Shown piece by piece: positions 1 through 13,800 of a DNA stretch of 64,000 bases; the stretch's first letter is position 1; each line of letters starts with the position of its first letter. The stretch comes from Lytechinus pictus. Lineage: Eukaryota. The stretch lies in NCBI RefSeq assembly GCF_037042905.1, contig NC_087252.1, positions 10,728,001 through 10,792,000 of the forward strand, written 5' to 3'. Position numbers and translations under genes: made by a program. The notes under the pieces are model-generated. The model did no database searches and was not told where the DNA came from. It saw nothing but the letters and a program-made list of their open reading frames with translations.

Positions 1-31
1 AGATGTTATAGATAGATAGATAGATAGATAT

Positions 32-78
<47 letters not shown>

Positions 79-131
79 TATGGACGGATAAAAATAAATA
101 GAGAGAAAAAAAGACAGACAGATGGATAAAT

Positions 132-164
<33 letters not shown>

Positions 165-464
165 TAGAGAATCTGAGAGATAGATAGATGTTAGATAGAT
201 AGATAAAGAATGAGAGAGACAGAGAAGATAGACAAATTAACAGATAAATAGAAACTGTAGTTACATAGATAGCTAGCTTAATAGATAGATAGAAGATAGA
301 TAGAGAGAAATAGAGAAAGACAGACAGATGGATAGATAGATAGAGGGGGAGAGAGAGATAGAGAATTTGAGAGATAGGTAGATGTTAGATGGATAGATAG
401 ATAAAGAATGAAAGAGACAGAGAAGAGCGACAAATTAACAGATCGATAGATATTGCAGTTACAT

Positions 465-529
<65 letters not shown>

Positions 530-772
530 AGATAGATAGATAGATTGATAGAGAGAGAGAGAGAACTAGAGAAAGACAGATGGATAGATAGAGAGAGAGA
601 GACAGAGGAGATTAATATATAGATACTGTAGTTACATAAATAGATAGATAGATATATAATTTGAGAGATAGATACATAGACGGATAGAGAGAAAAAGACA
701 GACAGATGGATAGATAGATAGAGAGAGAGAAAAAGACAGACAGATGGATAGATAGAGAGAATTTTAGATATA
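1..772. repeat. Degenerate (TAGA)n/(GA)n microsatellite tract
   Basis: Long runs of tagatagataga and gagaga; an internal block (gatgttagat...gacaaattaacagat...gttacata) recurs. Confidence 0.95.
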
Positions 773-1245
773 TATAAAAACTATCAAAATACAATCACAA
801 GCAGTCAAAGACTGAAATAAGTGAATGTTAACATACAAATAGAATCATAACAAAATATAAAGTAAACATTATAAATAAATATCAAATACAATACAAATTC
901 ATACAGATAAAAAATAAATGTATCATAAATAAATACAAAAGGCCAAAAGTAAAGTGTCACCAAAGAAGAAAAAAGCGGAATGAAAGATTAAGAAGAAAGA
1001 GGTGAGAGAAGGGAAAGAAATTGGGATAAGACAAAGAGAAGGGAAAGCAAAAGGTGGAATTTGAAAGAGAATAGGAGGCAACCTTCAGAAGAAAAAAAAC
1101 TCATTATGCAATACAAGACATTTAACAATGGTAACAAGTAAATAAAGTAGTAATTGAATCGAATCGAGCACAAAAAAGGGAAAAGTAGAGCTGAGGAAAT
1201 AGACTCCCGAAGGAAGTCGAATCAATGTTGATATTGCACATGAGT

Positions 1246-1480
1246 AGATTAACAGATGGATAGAGAGAAATAAAAGAGAGACAGATGGATAGATAGAGAA
1301 TTTGAGAGATAGATGTTAGATGGATAGATAGATAGACAGATAGATAGGTAGATAGAGAATGAGAGAGACAGAGTAGATAGACAAATTAACAGATAGATAT
1401 ATCATGTAGTACCATATATTGATTTATAACATAGATATTGGATAGACAGATATGATAGATATAAGGATAGATATAATATG
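1246..1480. repeat. Second degenerate (TAGA)n block related to 1-772
   Basis: Repeats gagaatttgagagatagatgttagat and gacaaattaacagatagat motifs of the first tract. Confidence 0.85.
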
Positions 1481-1798
1481 AAAAAAAGTAATTATGTGTT
1501 TTATTTTTCAATATTTTAGCTATTATTCGTTTTCATTCATATAAACGATCATGTGCGATAAAGTAAAAAAAATCATGAAGCCAACGTACAGCGGAACAAC
1601 CAAAATACAGAGACTGAAGCTTTTGGTCTATAAGCTCAGCTGCATTTGCACGTATGTTCTGCGGATATCTTCGGTGCGGACTTTTGGATCGCGCCCAGCT
1701 GATTATGTAAACAAACGTAGACGTAGACTCTTCACTAGTCGCTTTGTGGCTATTTTTCCGGAAAATGCCTTCGCCAGGGTGTAAAACGGAAACGCGCA

Positions 1799-4700
1799 CC
1801 CCGGCTAGGCCGTCAGGATGTCCCTGGGGGCCCTTTGAAAAAATAATTTTTTAAATAAAAAAATGCGATAAATAGCCCCTTATTCCTTTAATTTTGTTAG
1901 TTTGAGCCATAAATGTGCATGCGCCGGGTCAAAATAGTGTTTATCTGGTTGCCCGAGTTGAGTTCTACAAGTCAAAATACGTGGTTACCCCGGCTAGGCC
2001 GTCGGGATATCCCTGGGGCGCCTTGAAAAATCTTTTTTTTAATTTAAAAAATATGATAAATAGCCCTTTGTTCCTTTGATTTTGTTAACTAGAGCCCCCT
2101 AAATATGCATGCACCGGGTCAAGCTAGTGTGTATGTTCTTGCCATAGTCAAGTTCTACAAGTTAGGATACCTGAGGGCCCCGGCTAGGCCGTCGGGATAT
2201 CCTTTCGGGCCCCTTTGAAATATTTTTTTTTTTTTAATAAAAAAAAAAAAAAAAAAAAGCCCTTTAGTCCTCTAATTTTGTCAATTTGAGCCCCTAAATT
2301 TGCATGCGCCGGATCAAACTAGTGTTTATCTGGTTGCCCGAGTCGAGTTCTTCAAGTTAGGATACGTGGTTACCTTGGCTATGCCGTCAGGATATCCCTG
2401 GGGGCCCCTTGAAAAAATACTTTTTTTGAAATTAAAAAAATATGATAAATAGCCCTTTGTTCCTTTAATTTTGTTAATTTGAGCCCCCTAAATATGCATG
2501 CACCGGGTCAAGCTAGTGTTTATGTTGTTGCCCTAGTCGAGTTCTACAAGTTAGGATACCTGATTGCCCCGGCTAGGCCGTCGGGATATCCCTGGGGGCC
2601 CTTTGAAAAAAAAATACTTTTTTTAATTAACAAAATGCGATAAATAGCCCTTAATTCCTTTAATTTTGTTAATTTGAGCCCCCTAAATGTGCATGCACCG
2701 GGTCAAGCTAGTGTATATCTGGTTCCCCGAGTCGATTTCTACAAGTTTGGATACGTGGTTACCCTGGCTAGGCCGTCGGGATATCCCTGGGGGCGCCTTG
2801 AAAAATCTTTTTTTTAATTTAAAAAATATGATAAATAGCCCTTTGTTCCTTTGATTTTGTTAACTTGAGCCCCCTAAATATGCATGCACCGGGTCAAGCT
2901 AGTGTGTATGTTGTTGCCATAGTCAAGTTCTACAAGTTAGGATACCTGAGGGCCCCGGCTAGGCCGTTGGGATATCCTTTCGGGCCCCTTTGAAATATTT
3001 TTTTTTTTTTAATAAAAAAAAAACCAAAAAAAAGCCCTTTAGTCCTCTAATTTTGTCAATTTGAGCCCCTAAATTTGCATGCGCCGGATCAAACTAGTGT
3101 TTATCTGGTTGCCCGAGTCGAGTTCTTCAAGTTAGGATACGTGGTTACCTTGGCTATGCCGTCAGGATATCCCTGGGGGCCCCTTGAAAAAATACTTTTT
3201 TTGAAATTAAAAAAATATGATAAATAGCCCTTTGTTCCTTTAATTTTGTTAATTTGAGCCCCCTAAATATGCATGCACCGGGTCAAGCTAGTGTTTATGT
3301 TGTTGCCCTAGTCGAGTTCTACAAGTTAGGATACCTGATTGCCCCGGCTAGGCCGTCGGGATATCCCTGGGGGCCCTTTGAAAAAAAAATACTTTTTTTA
3401 ATTAACAAAATGCGATAAATAGCCCTTAATTCCTTTAATTTTGTTAATTTGAGCCCCCTAAATGTGCATGCACCGGGTCAAGCTAGTGTATATCTGGTTC
3501 CCCGAGTCGATTTTTACAAGTTTGGATACGTGGTTACCCTGGCTAGGCCGTCGGGATATCCCTGGGGGCGCCTTGAACAAAATACTTTTCTTAATTAAAA
3601 AATGCGATAAATAGCCCCTTATTCCTTTAATTTTGTTAGTTTGAGCCCCTAAATGTGCATGCGCCGGGTCAAACTAGTGTTTATCTGGTTGCCCGAGTCG
3701 AGTTCTACAAGTTAAAATACGTGGTTACCCTGGCTAGGCCGTCGGGATATCCCTGGAGGCCCCTTGAAAAAAATACTTTTTTTATGAAAAAAAATACGAT
3801 AACAAGCCCTTTGTTCCTTTAATTTTGTTAATTTGAGCCCCCTATAATCATATGGGCCGGATCAAAGTAGTGTTTATCTGGTTGCCCGAGTCGAGTTTTA
3901 CAAGTTAGGATACTTGGTTACCCTGGCTAGGCCGTCGGGATATCCCTGGGGGCCCCTTGAAAAAATACTTTTTTTTAATTAAACAAATGCAATAAATAGC
4001 CCTTTGTTCCTTTAATTTCGTTAATTTAAGCCCCCTAAATGTGCATGCACTGGGTCAAGTTAGTGTATATCTGGTTGCCCGAGTCGATTTCTACAAGTTT
4101 TGATACGTGGTTACCCTGGCTAGGCCGTCGGGATATCCCTGGGGGCCCCTTGAAAAAAATACTTTTATTTATTAAAAAATTGCGATAAATAGCCCTTTAT
4201 TCCTTTAATTTTGTTAATTTGAGCCCCCTAAATGTGCATGCGCCGGTTCAAGCTAGTGTTTATCTAGTTTCCTGAGTCACGTTATACAAGTTAGGATACG
4301 TGGTTACCCCGGCTAGGCCGTCGGGATATCCCTGGGGGCGCCTTGAACAAAATACTTTTTTAAATAAAAAAATGCGATAAATAGCCCCTTATTCCTTTAA
4401 TTTTGTTAGTTTGAGCCCTAAATGTGCATGCGCCGAGTCAAAATAGTGTTTATCTGGTTGCCGCAGTCGAGTTCTACAAGTTAGGATACGTGGTTACCCC
4501 GGCTAGGCCGTCGGGATATCCCTGGGGGCGCCTTGAACAAAATACTTTTTTTAATAAAAAAATGCGATAAATAGCCCCTTATTCCTTTAATTTTGTTAGT
4601 TTGAGCCCTAAATGTGCATGCGCCGGGTCAAAATAGTGTTTATCTGGTTGCCCGAATTGAGTTCTACAAGTAAGGATACGTGGTTACCCCAGGTAGGCCG

Positions 4701-7700
4701 TCAGGATGTCCCTGGGGGCCCTTTGAAAAATACTTTTTTTTTATTAAAAAAATGCAATAAATAGCCCTTTGTTCCTTTAATTTTGTTAATTTAAGCCCCC
4801 TAAATGTGCATGCACCGGGTCAAGCTAGTGTATATCTGGTTGCCCGAGTCGATTTCTACAAGTTTGGACACGTGGTTACCCTGGCTAGGCCGTCGGGATA
4901 TCCCTGGGGGCCCCTTTAAAAAAATACTTTTTTTAATTAAAAAAATGCGATAAATAGCCCTTTATTCCTTTAATTTTGTTAATTTGAGCCGCCTAAATGT
5001 GCATGCGCCGGTTCAAGCTAGTGTTTATCTAGTTTCCTGAGTCACGTTCTACAAGTAAGGATACGTGGTTACCCCGGCTAGGCCGTCAGGATGTCCCTGG
5101 GGGCCCTTTGAAAAAAATACTTTTTTAAATAAAAAAAATGCAATAAATAGCCCTTTGTTCCTTTTATTTCCTTTAATTTAAGCCCCCTAAATTTGCATGC
5201 ACCGGGTCAAGCTAGTGTATATCTGGTTGCCTGAGTCGATTTCTACAAGTTTTGATACGTGGTTACCCTGGCTAGGCCGTCGGGATATCCCTGGGGGCCC
5301 CTTTTAAAAAATACTTTTTTTAATTAAAAAAATGCGATAAATAGCCCTTTATTCCTTTAATTTTGTTAATTTGAGCCCCCTAAATGTGCATGCGCCGGTT
5401 CAAGCTAGTGTTTATCTAGTTTCCTGAGTCACGTTATACAAGTTAGGATACGTGGTTACCCCGGCTAGGCCGTCGGGATATCCCTGGGGGCGCCTTGAAC
5501 AAAATACTTTTTTAAATAAAAAAATGCGATAAATAGCCCCTTATTCCTTTAATTTTGTTAGTTTGAGCCCTAAATGTGCATGCGCCGAGTCAAAATAGTG
5601 TTTATCTGGTTGCCCGAGTCGAGTTCTACAAGTTAGGATACGTGGTTACCCCGACTAGGCCGTCGGGATATCCCTTGGGGCGCCTTGAACAAATACTTTT
5701 TTTAATAAAAAATTGCGATAAATAGCCCCTTATTCCTTTAATTTTGTTAGTTTGAGCCCTAAATGTGCATGCGCCGGGTCAAAATAGTGTTTATCTGGTT
5801 GCCCGAGTTGAGTTCTACAAGTAAGGATTCGTGGTTACCCCAGGTAGGCCGTCAGGATGTCCCTGGGGGCCCTTTGAAAAATACTTTTTTTTAATTAAAA
5901 AAATGCAATAAATAGCCCTTTGTTCCTTTAATTTTGTTAATTTAAGCCCCCTAAATGTGCATGCACCGGGTCAAGCTAGTGTTTATCTAGTTTCCTGAGT
6001 CACGTTATACAAGTTAGGATACGTGGTTACCCCGGCTAGGCCGTCGGGATATCCCTGGGGGCGCCTTGAACAAAATACTTTTTTTAATAAAAAAATGCGA
6101 TAAATAGCCCCTATTCCTTTAATTTTGTTAGTTTGAGCCCTAAATGTGCATGCGCCGGGTCAAAATAGTGTTTATCTGGTTGCCCGAGTTGAGTTCTACA
6201 AGTAAGGATACGTGGTTACCCCAGGTAGGCCGTCAGGATGTCCCTGGGGGCCCTTTGAAAAAAAAATATTTTTTTTAATTAAAAAAATGCGATAAATAGC
6301 CCCTTATTCCTTTAATTTTGTTAATTTGAGCCCCCTAAAATTAAATTCCCCGGGTCAGAGTAGTACTTATCTGGTTGCCCGAGTAGATTTCTACAAGTGA
6401 GGATACGTGGTTACCCCGGCTAGGCCGTCGGGATATCGCTGGGGGCCCCTTGAACAAAATACTTTTTTAAATAAAAAAATGCGATAAATAGTCCCCTATT
6501 CCTTTAATTTTGTTAGTTTGAGCCCCTAAATGTGCATGCGCCGGGTCAAACTAGTGTTTATCTGGTTGCCCGAGTCACGTTCTACAAGTTTGGATGCGTG
6601 GTTACCCTGGCTATGCCGTCGGGATATCCCTGGGGGCCCCTTGAAAAAATACTTTTTTTAAATTAAAAAAATATTATAAGTAGCCCTTTGTCAATTTTGT
6701 CAATTTGAGCCCCTAAATGTGCATGCGTCGGGTCAAACCAGTGTTTATCTGGTTGCCCGAGTCAAGTTTTACAAGTTAGGACACGTAGTTACCCTGGCTA
6801 GGCCGTTGGAATCCCTGGGGGCCCTTTGAAAAAAAATACTTTTTTTAATTAAAAAAATGCAATAAATAGCCCTTTGTTCCTTTAATTTTGTTAATTTAAG
6901 CCCCTTAAATGTGCATGCACCGGGTCAAGCTAGTGTTTATCTAGTTTCCTGAGTCACGTTATACAAGTTAGGATACGTGGTTACCCCGGCTAGGCCGTCG
7001 GGATATCCCTGGGGGCGCCTTGAACAAAATACTTTTTTTAATAAAAAAATGCGATAAATAGCCCCTTATTCCTTTAATTTTGTTAGTTTGAGCCCTAAAT
7101 GTGCATGCGCCGAGTCAAAATAGTGTTTATCTGGTTGCCCGAGTTGAGTTCTACAAGTCAAAATACGTGGTTACCCCGGCTAGGCCGTCGGGATATCCCT
7201 GGGGGCGCCTTGAACAAAATACTTTTTTTAATAAAAAAAATGCGATAAATAGCCCCTATTCCTTTAATTTTGTTAGTTTGAGCCCTAAATGTGCATGCGC
7301 CGGGTCAAAATAGTGTTTATCTGGTTGCCCGAGTTGAGTTCTACAAGTAAGGATACGTGGTTACCCCAGGTAGGCCGTCAGGATGTCCCTGGGGGCCCTT
7401 TGAAAAAAAAAATTTTCAACGGCCTAGCCAGGGTAACCACGTGTCCTAACTTGTAAAACTTGACTCGGGCAACCAGATAAACACTGGTTTGACCCGACGC
7501 ATGCACATTTAGGGGCTCAAATTGACAAAATTGACAAAGGGCTACTTTTTTTAATTAAAAAAAAGTATTTTTTCAAGGGGCCCCCAGGGATATCCCGACG
7601 GCCTACCTGGGGTAACCACGTATCCTTACTTGTAGAACTCAACTCGGGCAACCAGATAAACACTATTTTGAAAAAAAAATTAATAAAAAAAGGCGATAAA

Positions 7701-8450
7701 TAGCCCTTTAGTCCTCTAATTTTGTCAATTTGAGCCCCTAAATGTGCATGCGCCGGGTCAAACTAGTGTTTATCTGGTTGCCCGTCTCTATTTCTACAAG
7801 TTATAATACGTGGTTACCCTGGCTAGGCCGTTTGGATATCCCTGGGGGCCCCTTGAAAAAATACTTTTTTTAAATTAAAAAAATACGATAAAAAGCCCTT
7901 TGTTCCTTTAACTTTGTTAATTCGAGCCCCCTTAAATGTGCATGCACCGGGTTTAGCTAGTGTTTATCTAATTGCCCGAGTCAAGTTCTACAAGTTAGGA
8001 TACGTGGTTACCCCGGCTAGGCCGTCGGGATGTCCCTGGGGCCCTTTGAAAAAAATGTTTTGTTAAATTAAAAAAATGCAATTAATATCCCCTTATTCCT
8101 TTAATTTTGTTAATTTGAGCCCCCTAAAATTATATGCGCCGGGTCAAAGTAGTGTTTATCTGGTTGCCCGAGTCGAGTTCTACAAGTAAGGATACGTGGT
8201 TATCCCGGCTAGGCCGTCTGGATATCCCTGGGGGCCCCTTGAATTTTTTGTTTTTTTTTAAATTAAACAAATATGATAAATAGCCTTTTGTTCCTTTAAT
8301 TTTGTTAATTTGAGCCCCCTAAATGTGCATGCGCCGGGTCAAACAATTGTTTATGTTGTTTCCCGAGTCGAGTTCTACAAGTTAGGATACCTGATTGCCC
8401 TGGCTAAGCCGTCGGGATATCCCTGGGTGCCCCCGAAAAAAAAAATCAAA
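1799..8450 (+). repeat. ~190-bp tandem satellite array (~35 monomers) with higher-order repeats
   Basis: CCGGCTAGGCCGTCGGGATATCCCTGGGGG recurs at ~1801, 1990, 2180, 2375, 2567, 2763... (period 189-196 bp). Confidence 0.97.
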
Positions 8451-8797
8451 ATTAAAAATTCCATGCCCTTTATTTCACTGACGTTTGTCCTCTCAATGTT
8501 CTCGTACTAGGACAAGCCAGTCTTTTTATGGTTGCCCGAGACGTGCTGCACCTGTTAGATCCCCTAATTTGCTTTCAAACCCCCTAGTTTTTTTGAAAAT
8601 CGAATATTGGGCCAACTTCACATGCGTTTGAATATCGAACCTGAATATCAAACCAACTTCACAGTTTGAAAACCCCACCAGACAAGGAATATATTTCAAG
8701 TGTTTAAGTCTGCCATGTTTTGATATTTTATCCTGAAGTCAGGTAATACAATATTACATTCAATAAAGTTTGTTTGTCTGGGCTCACCAAACACTGT

Positions 8798-11700
8798 TAG
8801 TCCGGGTTATATAACTGAGCAAGGTGCCACTTGGAGAAGGAGAACTTTTCATATAGTGCCTCTAGACCAGTTTTTCACGCTGAATATGAATATATGAGGT
8901 AAACAGGCTGTATCCTGAAAATTAACCTGTGAGGGCGCTTTTTTCAAAATGGCCGCCATATTTTCCGAAAATTTGAATTTTCGTACATAGATTTTGACAT
9001 AAGCATTAAATTGCCATAAAATTAGTGTCATATGAAAGCCAAATAAATTCCCTACAATTTGGTATTATTTATAGGGGATAAGTAGGTCATTTGCATACGG
9101 CACTTCGACAGAGTATATAAGGCCTGCTTTTACAAACTTTGCTCATTCTCCTGAGGACGACAAGATCGAACACACTTGTCGCAACGTCGAGATTGGGTGG
9201 TCCTTTTCAGGACCAACATATGCCCAAGAAAGATACATGGTGTACCGTGAAACCTACTATACTATTCTTCTTCGCCATGGAAACCTTCAGAAATTATACG
9301 TATAACATGTATAATACATGTATGTATAATGTATAGTTAAAACTTAAATGCAATTATCTCCGCTTGTAATCACTTGCAGAGTTAAGAGTAGGCTTTTTTC
9401 TATCAGCTACATAAAACAAAAATCGAAGCCTAACATTCTCAGGGGGTGGGGTGTCGAAGTCCCCCCCCCCCCGTGGCTATATAGTACAGCCAATTTTATT
9501 TTCTTGCAATGACTTGGATAGGAAAGAGTAGGCTTTGCTCTATCAGCTATATATTAACAAGTGCTGGCAAATAAAAACCTACCCTCTCCGGGATGCAGTT
9601 GAAATCACCCCATCCCTTTTGCATTATCGTCTATTTATTGGAAAATTCACAATTTTGGAGCCCCCATTTATGCAAAAAGGCGTTCTGATATATAGTTCTA
9701 CCACTTTTACTGCCTTGAAACCACTTAGGGGTTTTGCCTTATCAGGCACATATAAAGAAGTGCTGGAAAATAAAAGCCTACCCCCTCCGAGAGGCTGTCG
9801 AAATTACCCCATCATTTTTGCATTATTGCCTATTTATCGAAAAATTCACCATTTTGAAGCCCCCATTGAGGCAAAAAGTCATTTCTGATTATAATTCTGC
9901 CTTTTTTACTACCTTGAAACCACCTGGAGAGAAACGAATAGCCTTTGCTTTATCAGCTACATCTAAAGATGTGCTGGCAAATAAAAGCCTACTCCCTTCA
10001 GGGGACTGTCAAAATTACCCTCCTCTTGAAATTCACCATTTTGGAGCCCCCATTGAGGCAAAAAGGCATTTCTGATATATAGTTCTGCCTTTTTTCACCC
10101 TTTAAACCACTTGGAGAGAAAAGAATAAAGGCTTTGCTTTAACAGCTACATATAAAGACATGCTCGAAAATAAAAGCATATCCCCATCAGAGGGCTGTTG
10201 AAATCACCCCGCCCCTTTTTCATTATTGCTTACTTATTTGAAAATTCACCATTTTGGAGCCCCCATTGAGACAAAAAGGCGGTTCTGATAAATAGTTCTG
10301 CCACTATTACCGCCTTGAAACTACTTGGACAGGAAAGAGTAGGCTTTCCTCTATCAGCTATAATACAAAGAAGTGGCTCTACTATATACCAGAAACACCT
10401 TTTTTGCCTCAATGGGGACTCCAAAATGGTGTGTTTTCCAATAAATTGGCAAAAATCGTAAAAAAGGGTGGGGTATCTATAGTCCCCTGAAGTGGGTCAG
10501 GCTTCGATATGGCAGCAATTCGACATAAATAGCTGAAAGAGGGGAACCTACTCTTTCCTCTCCAAATGGTTTCAAGAAAATTAAATCGGGTGTTTATACA
10601 GCAGAAATGCATATTGCCTCAATGGGGGCTTAAAAATTGTGAATTTTCAAATAATTAGGCAATAATGCAAAAGGGGTGGGATGGTTTGACAGATGGGTAA
10701 CCTTCAATGTGCCAGCACTTCTTTATAGGTAGCTGATAGAGCAAAGCATATTCTGTCCTCCTTAAATGGTTTCAAGGCAGTAAAAGTGGCAAAACTATAT
10801 ATCAGAGATGCCTTTTTAACCTTAACGGGGGCTCAAAATTGGTGAATTTTCCAATACATAGGCAATAATGCAAAGGGGGGAGGGGGTGATTTCGACAGCC
10901 CCCGAAAGGGGGTAGGCTTTTATTTGCCAGCACATCTTTATAGCTGATAAAGCAAAGCCTATTCTTTCCTCTCTAAGCAGTTTCAAGGCAATAAAAGTGG
11001 CAGAACTATATATCAGCGACGCCTTTTTGCTTCAATGGGGGCTCCAAAATGGTGAATTTTCAACAAGTAGCCAAATACCGAAAATTAGTGGGGTAACTTT
11101 TACAGCCGCCTGAAGGAGATAGGCTTCGATTTGCTAACACTTTTTTATATGGAGCTTATAGAGCAAAGCCTACTCTTTCATCTCCAAGTCATGCAAGAAA
11201 ATAGAATTTGCTGTACTATATAGTAGAAACGCCCTTTTGCCTTAATGGGTGATCCAAAATTGTGAAATATCCAATAAAATAGGCAATATGCATGATATAG
11301 AGGGGGGGGGTGTTGACTTAGACAGCCCCTGAGAGGGCCAGGGTTTGACGTGCCAGCGCCTATTTATATGTAGCTGGTAAACTCTACTCTTTCCTCTCTA
11401 AGTGGTCTCAAATCAATAAAATGGGGTGTGCAACAAAGCACAAACGCTTTTTGGCCTCAATGTTGGGTCCAAAATTGTGAATTTTCTAATAAATTGGCAA
11501 TATTAAGGAAAAGCTCTCCCCCCCCCCCCCCGAGAGGGGTAGGCTTCGATGTGCCACTTCTTTAGATGTAGCTGGTAGAACAAAGCCTATTCTTTCCTCT
11601 CCAAGTGGTTTCAAAGCAATCAAAGTGGCTGTACTGTATAGCAGAAATGCCTGTTTTTGCCTCCATTGGTACTAAAAAAAACCCAGTTATTTTTCTTACA

Positions 11701-12452
11701 AATAAGCAATATACAACAACATGATATAGCAAGGGCAGGGGGGGGGGGTGAATTCGACACCCCCAACCCATGAGAGGATCAGGCCTTGATGTGCCAACAT
11801 TTTTTTTTGTAGCTGATAAAGAAAACGCCTACTCTTAAATATCCAAGTGGTTAAAACGTGGAGATAATTGCATTTAATTTTTAGATACCGTTATACATTA
11901 TGCATACATGTATTATACGTGTTATACGTATTAGTCTGATATTGAAGAATTCAAGTTTGATACCTTATAAATTTGCTTAAAAAATGAGACAGAGTTTAAA
12001 TTTCATCCACATGATAATAGTATATCAATAATGTTTTCTGGAACATTTCAAGGTAATTAATTAATTTTTCTTAGAATTATGTAAAATCATGTATTTGCAA
12101 AATTTACAATTTTTGAAAAAAAAATACAAAAAATGCAGTTTTCTACTTGAAATCTCAGTCAAATGACCTACCTATCCCCTATAAATAGTACCTAATTGTA
12201 GGAAATTTAATTGGCTTTTATATGACACTAATTTCATGGTAATTGGATTCTTATGTCAAAATCTATGTACGAATATTCAAATTTTATAAAAATTCGGCAG
12301 CCATAAAAAAAAAGCGCACTCACAGGTTAATTTTCAGGATACAGCCTGTTTACCTCAAATATTCATATTCAGCGTAAAAAACTGGTCTAGGAGCACTATA
12401 TGAAAATTTCTCCTTCTCTGAGTGGCACCTTGCTCAATTATAACCCGGACTA
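8798..12452. mobile_element. Non-autonomous foldback DNA transposon, Academ-like (TAG...CTA ends, 3-bp TSD TGT)
   Basis: ~295-bp TIRs (TAGTCCGGGTTAT at 8798; ATAACCCGGACTA ending 12452), TGT on both flanks (8795-8797, 12453-12455); internal inverted arrays of ~195-bp subrepeats. Superfamily assignment rests on termini and TSD only. Confidence 0.85.
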
Positions 12453-13255
12453 TGTAGTGTTGTTGTCTCCACTCAACCCTTTGCATGCAGGAGTGCTTTT
12501 TCTGGTGGAGTTCACTAACTTTTTAGAATCACCGTACATGTATACAGTGTATTAATAAATTACAAAAAATAAAATTCATCAAGACAATGCATTTAATTCT
12601 CACACCACAGTGATTGATATTTTTCAAACCGGTTGTCAAAAGACAGAAACATTATTTCACATGAAATCAATAGTTATTGTCTTTCATAAGTCAGATACAC
12701 TGCACTGAAACTTTTGGTAAATGGGAATACAAAATAGCTGAAGGTTTGCAATAAGGCTATGCAATAATATGAGAAAAAAAAACTCATTATTAGAAAGGAA
12801 TAATAAAAAATATAGTAATCAATATTGCAATAAACAACACGTAATGTGGAAAAGCACCAGTGCATTACACAAATCTGTTTAATTTCCCCATTATAATTCT
12901 GTATTACCGGGGTAGTGATTTCAGTCTCCTTTGTAGAGGTAGAATCTCTGTAGTTACATAAAACAATGTATATGTAATCTGTTTAAAGCACATAATACAT
13001 ATCCATCTTCAAGTTTCATTTATTTCTCCTCAAGAGATCAAGATAAAAATACATAAAAAATAGACAATGTAAAAACAATGAACATCAAATTTAAAGAAAG
13101 TGAGGAAGGTAATGACCAAAAAGGAAGAAACCTTGTGTGAGGCCAACCCATAACAAAATTGTGATTAAATAAAAAATATTAAAAACATCATATAATCACA
13201 AATTCAATGAGAAAAAACAAAAAAAAAACATAACAAACAAACACCTAACTAAACC

Positions 13256-13800
13256 TTAACCGAATGAGAATGGGGGGGGGGGGGGGAACCAAGACTTAGA
13301 CAATAAAAATGTTTTGTATTTCCTTTTAAAAACAGATACCGAAGGGCTTGATTGAATGTCAGAAGGGATTGAGTTCCAAATAACTGGTCCTTGATAAAAT
13401 ATACTGTTTTTGAAGATGGAAGTACTGCACTGTGGAATATGGATATTTTGGGCATTTCTTGTTGAATAAGTATGTACAGATGTGTTTAATAAAAAATAAT
13501 TCTGAAGGGAATTTGGCAAGAGATCTTTTTTATAGAAAAACATGAAAAGTGCAATATTCATTCTATTCAAATCCATTATATTCAAAATTTTCAAAGATGT
13601 AAACAATGGTCCAGAATGGGAGAGATAAGGAGAGTGAGTTATAATTCTCATGGCTTTTTTCTGCAAAAGAAATATTCTGTTAATATGTGTTTGGAAGGCA
13701 TTACCCCAGGCTATATTGCAATAATTCAAATATGGTAAAATCAAGGTATTATACAATAAAATAAGAATATTCTTCGGCAATGTGTGGAGTTTCCTTGTCC
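13256..13800 (-). mobile_element. 5'-truncated non-LTR retrotransposon (CR1/L2/Crack-type) ORF2 C-terminal fragment
   Basis: LLYNTLILPYLNYCNIAWG...LQKKAMRII...HSGPLFTSLKIL...HTYSTR...FYQGPVIWNSIP, the typical post-RT C-terminus of CR1/L2-clade LINEs. Confidence 0.9.

Noticed and set aside
1799..8450. Regularly repeated GC-rich motif resembling a CRISPR array
   Set aside because: The whole 190-bp unit repeats, with no unique spacers and no cas genes, in a eukaryotic context
9535..11771. ORFs in foldback subrepeats (also 61358-63554)
   Set aside because: Chance frames in tandem repeats with no protein motifs
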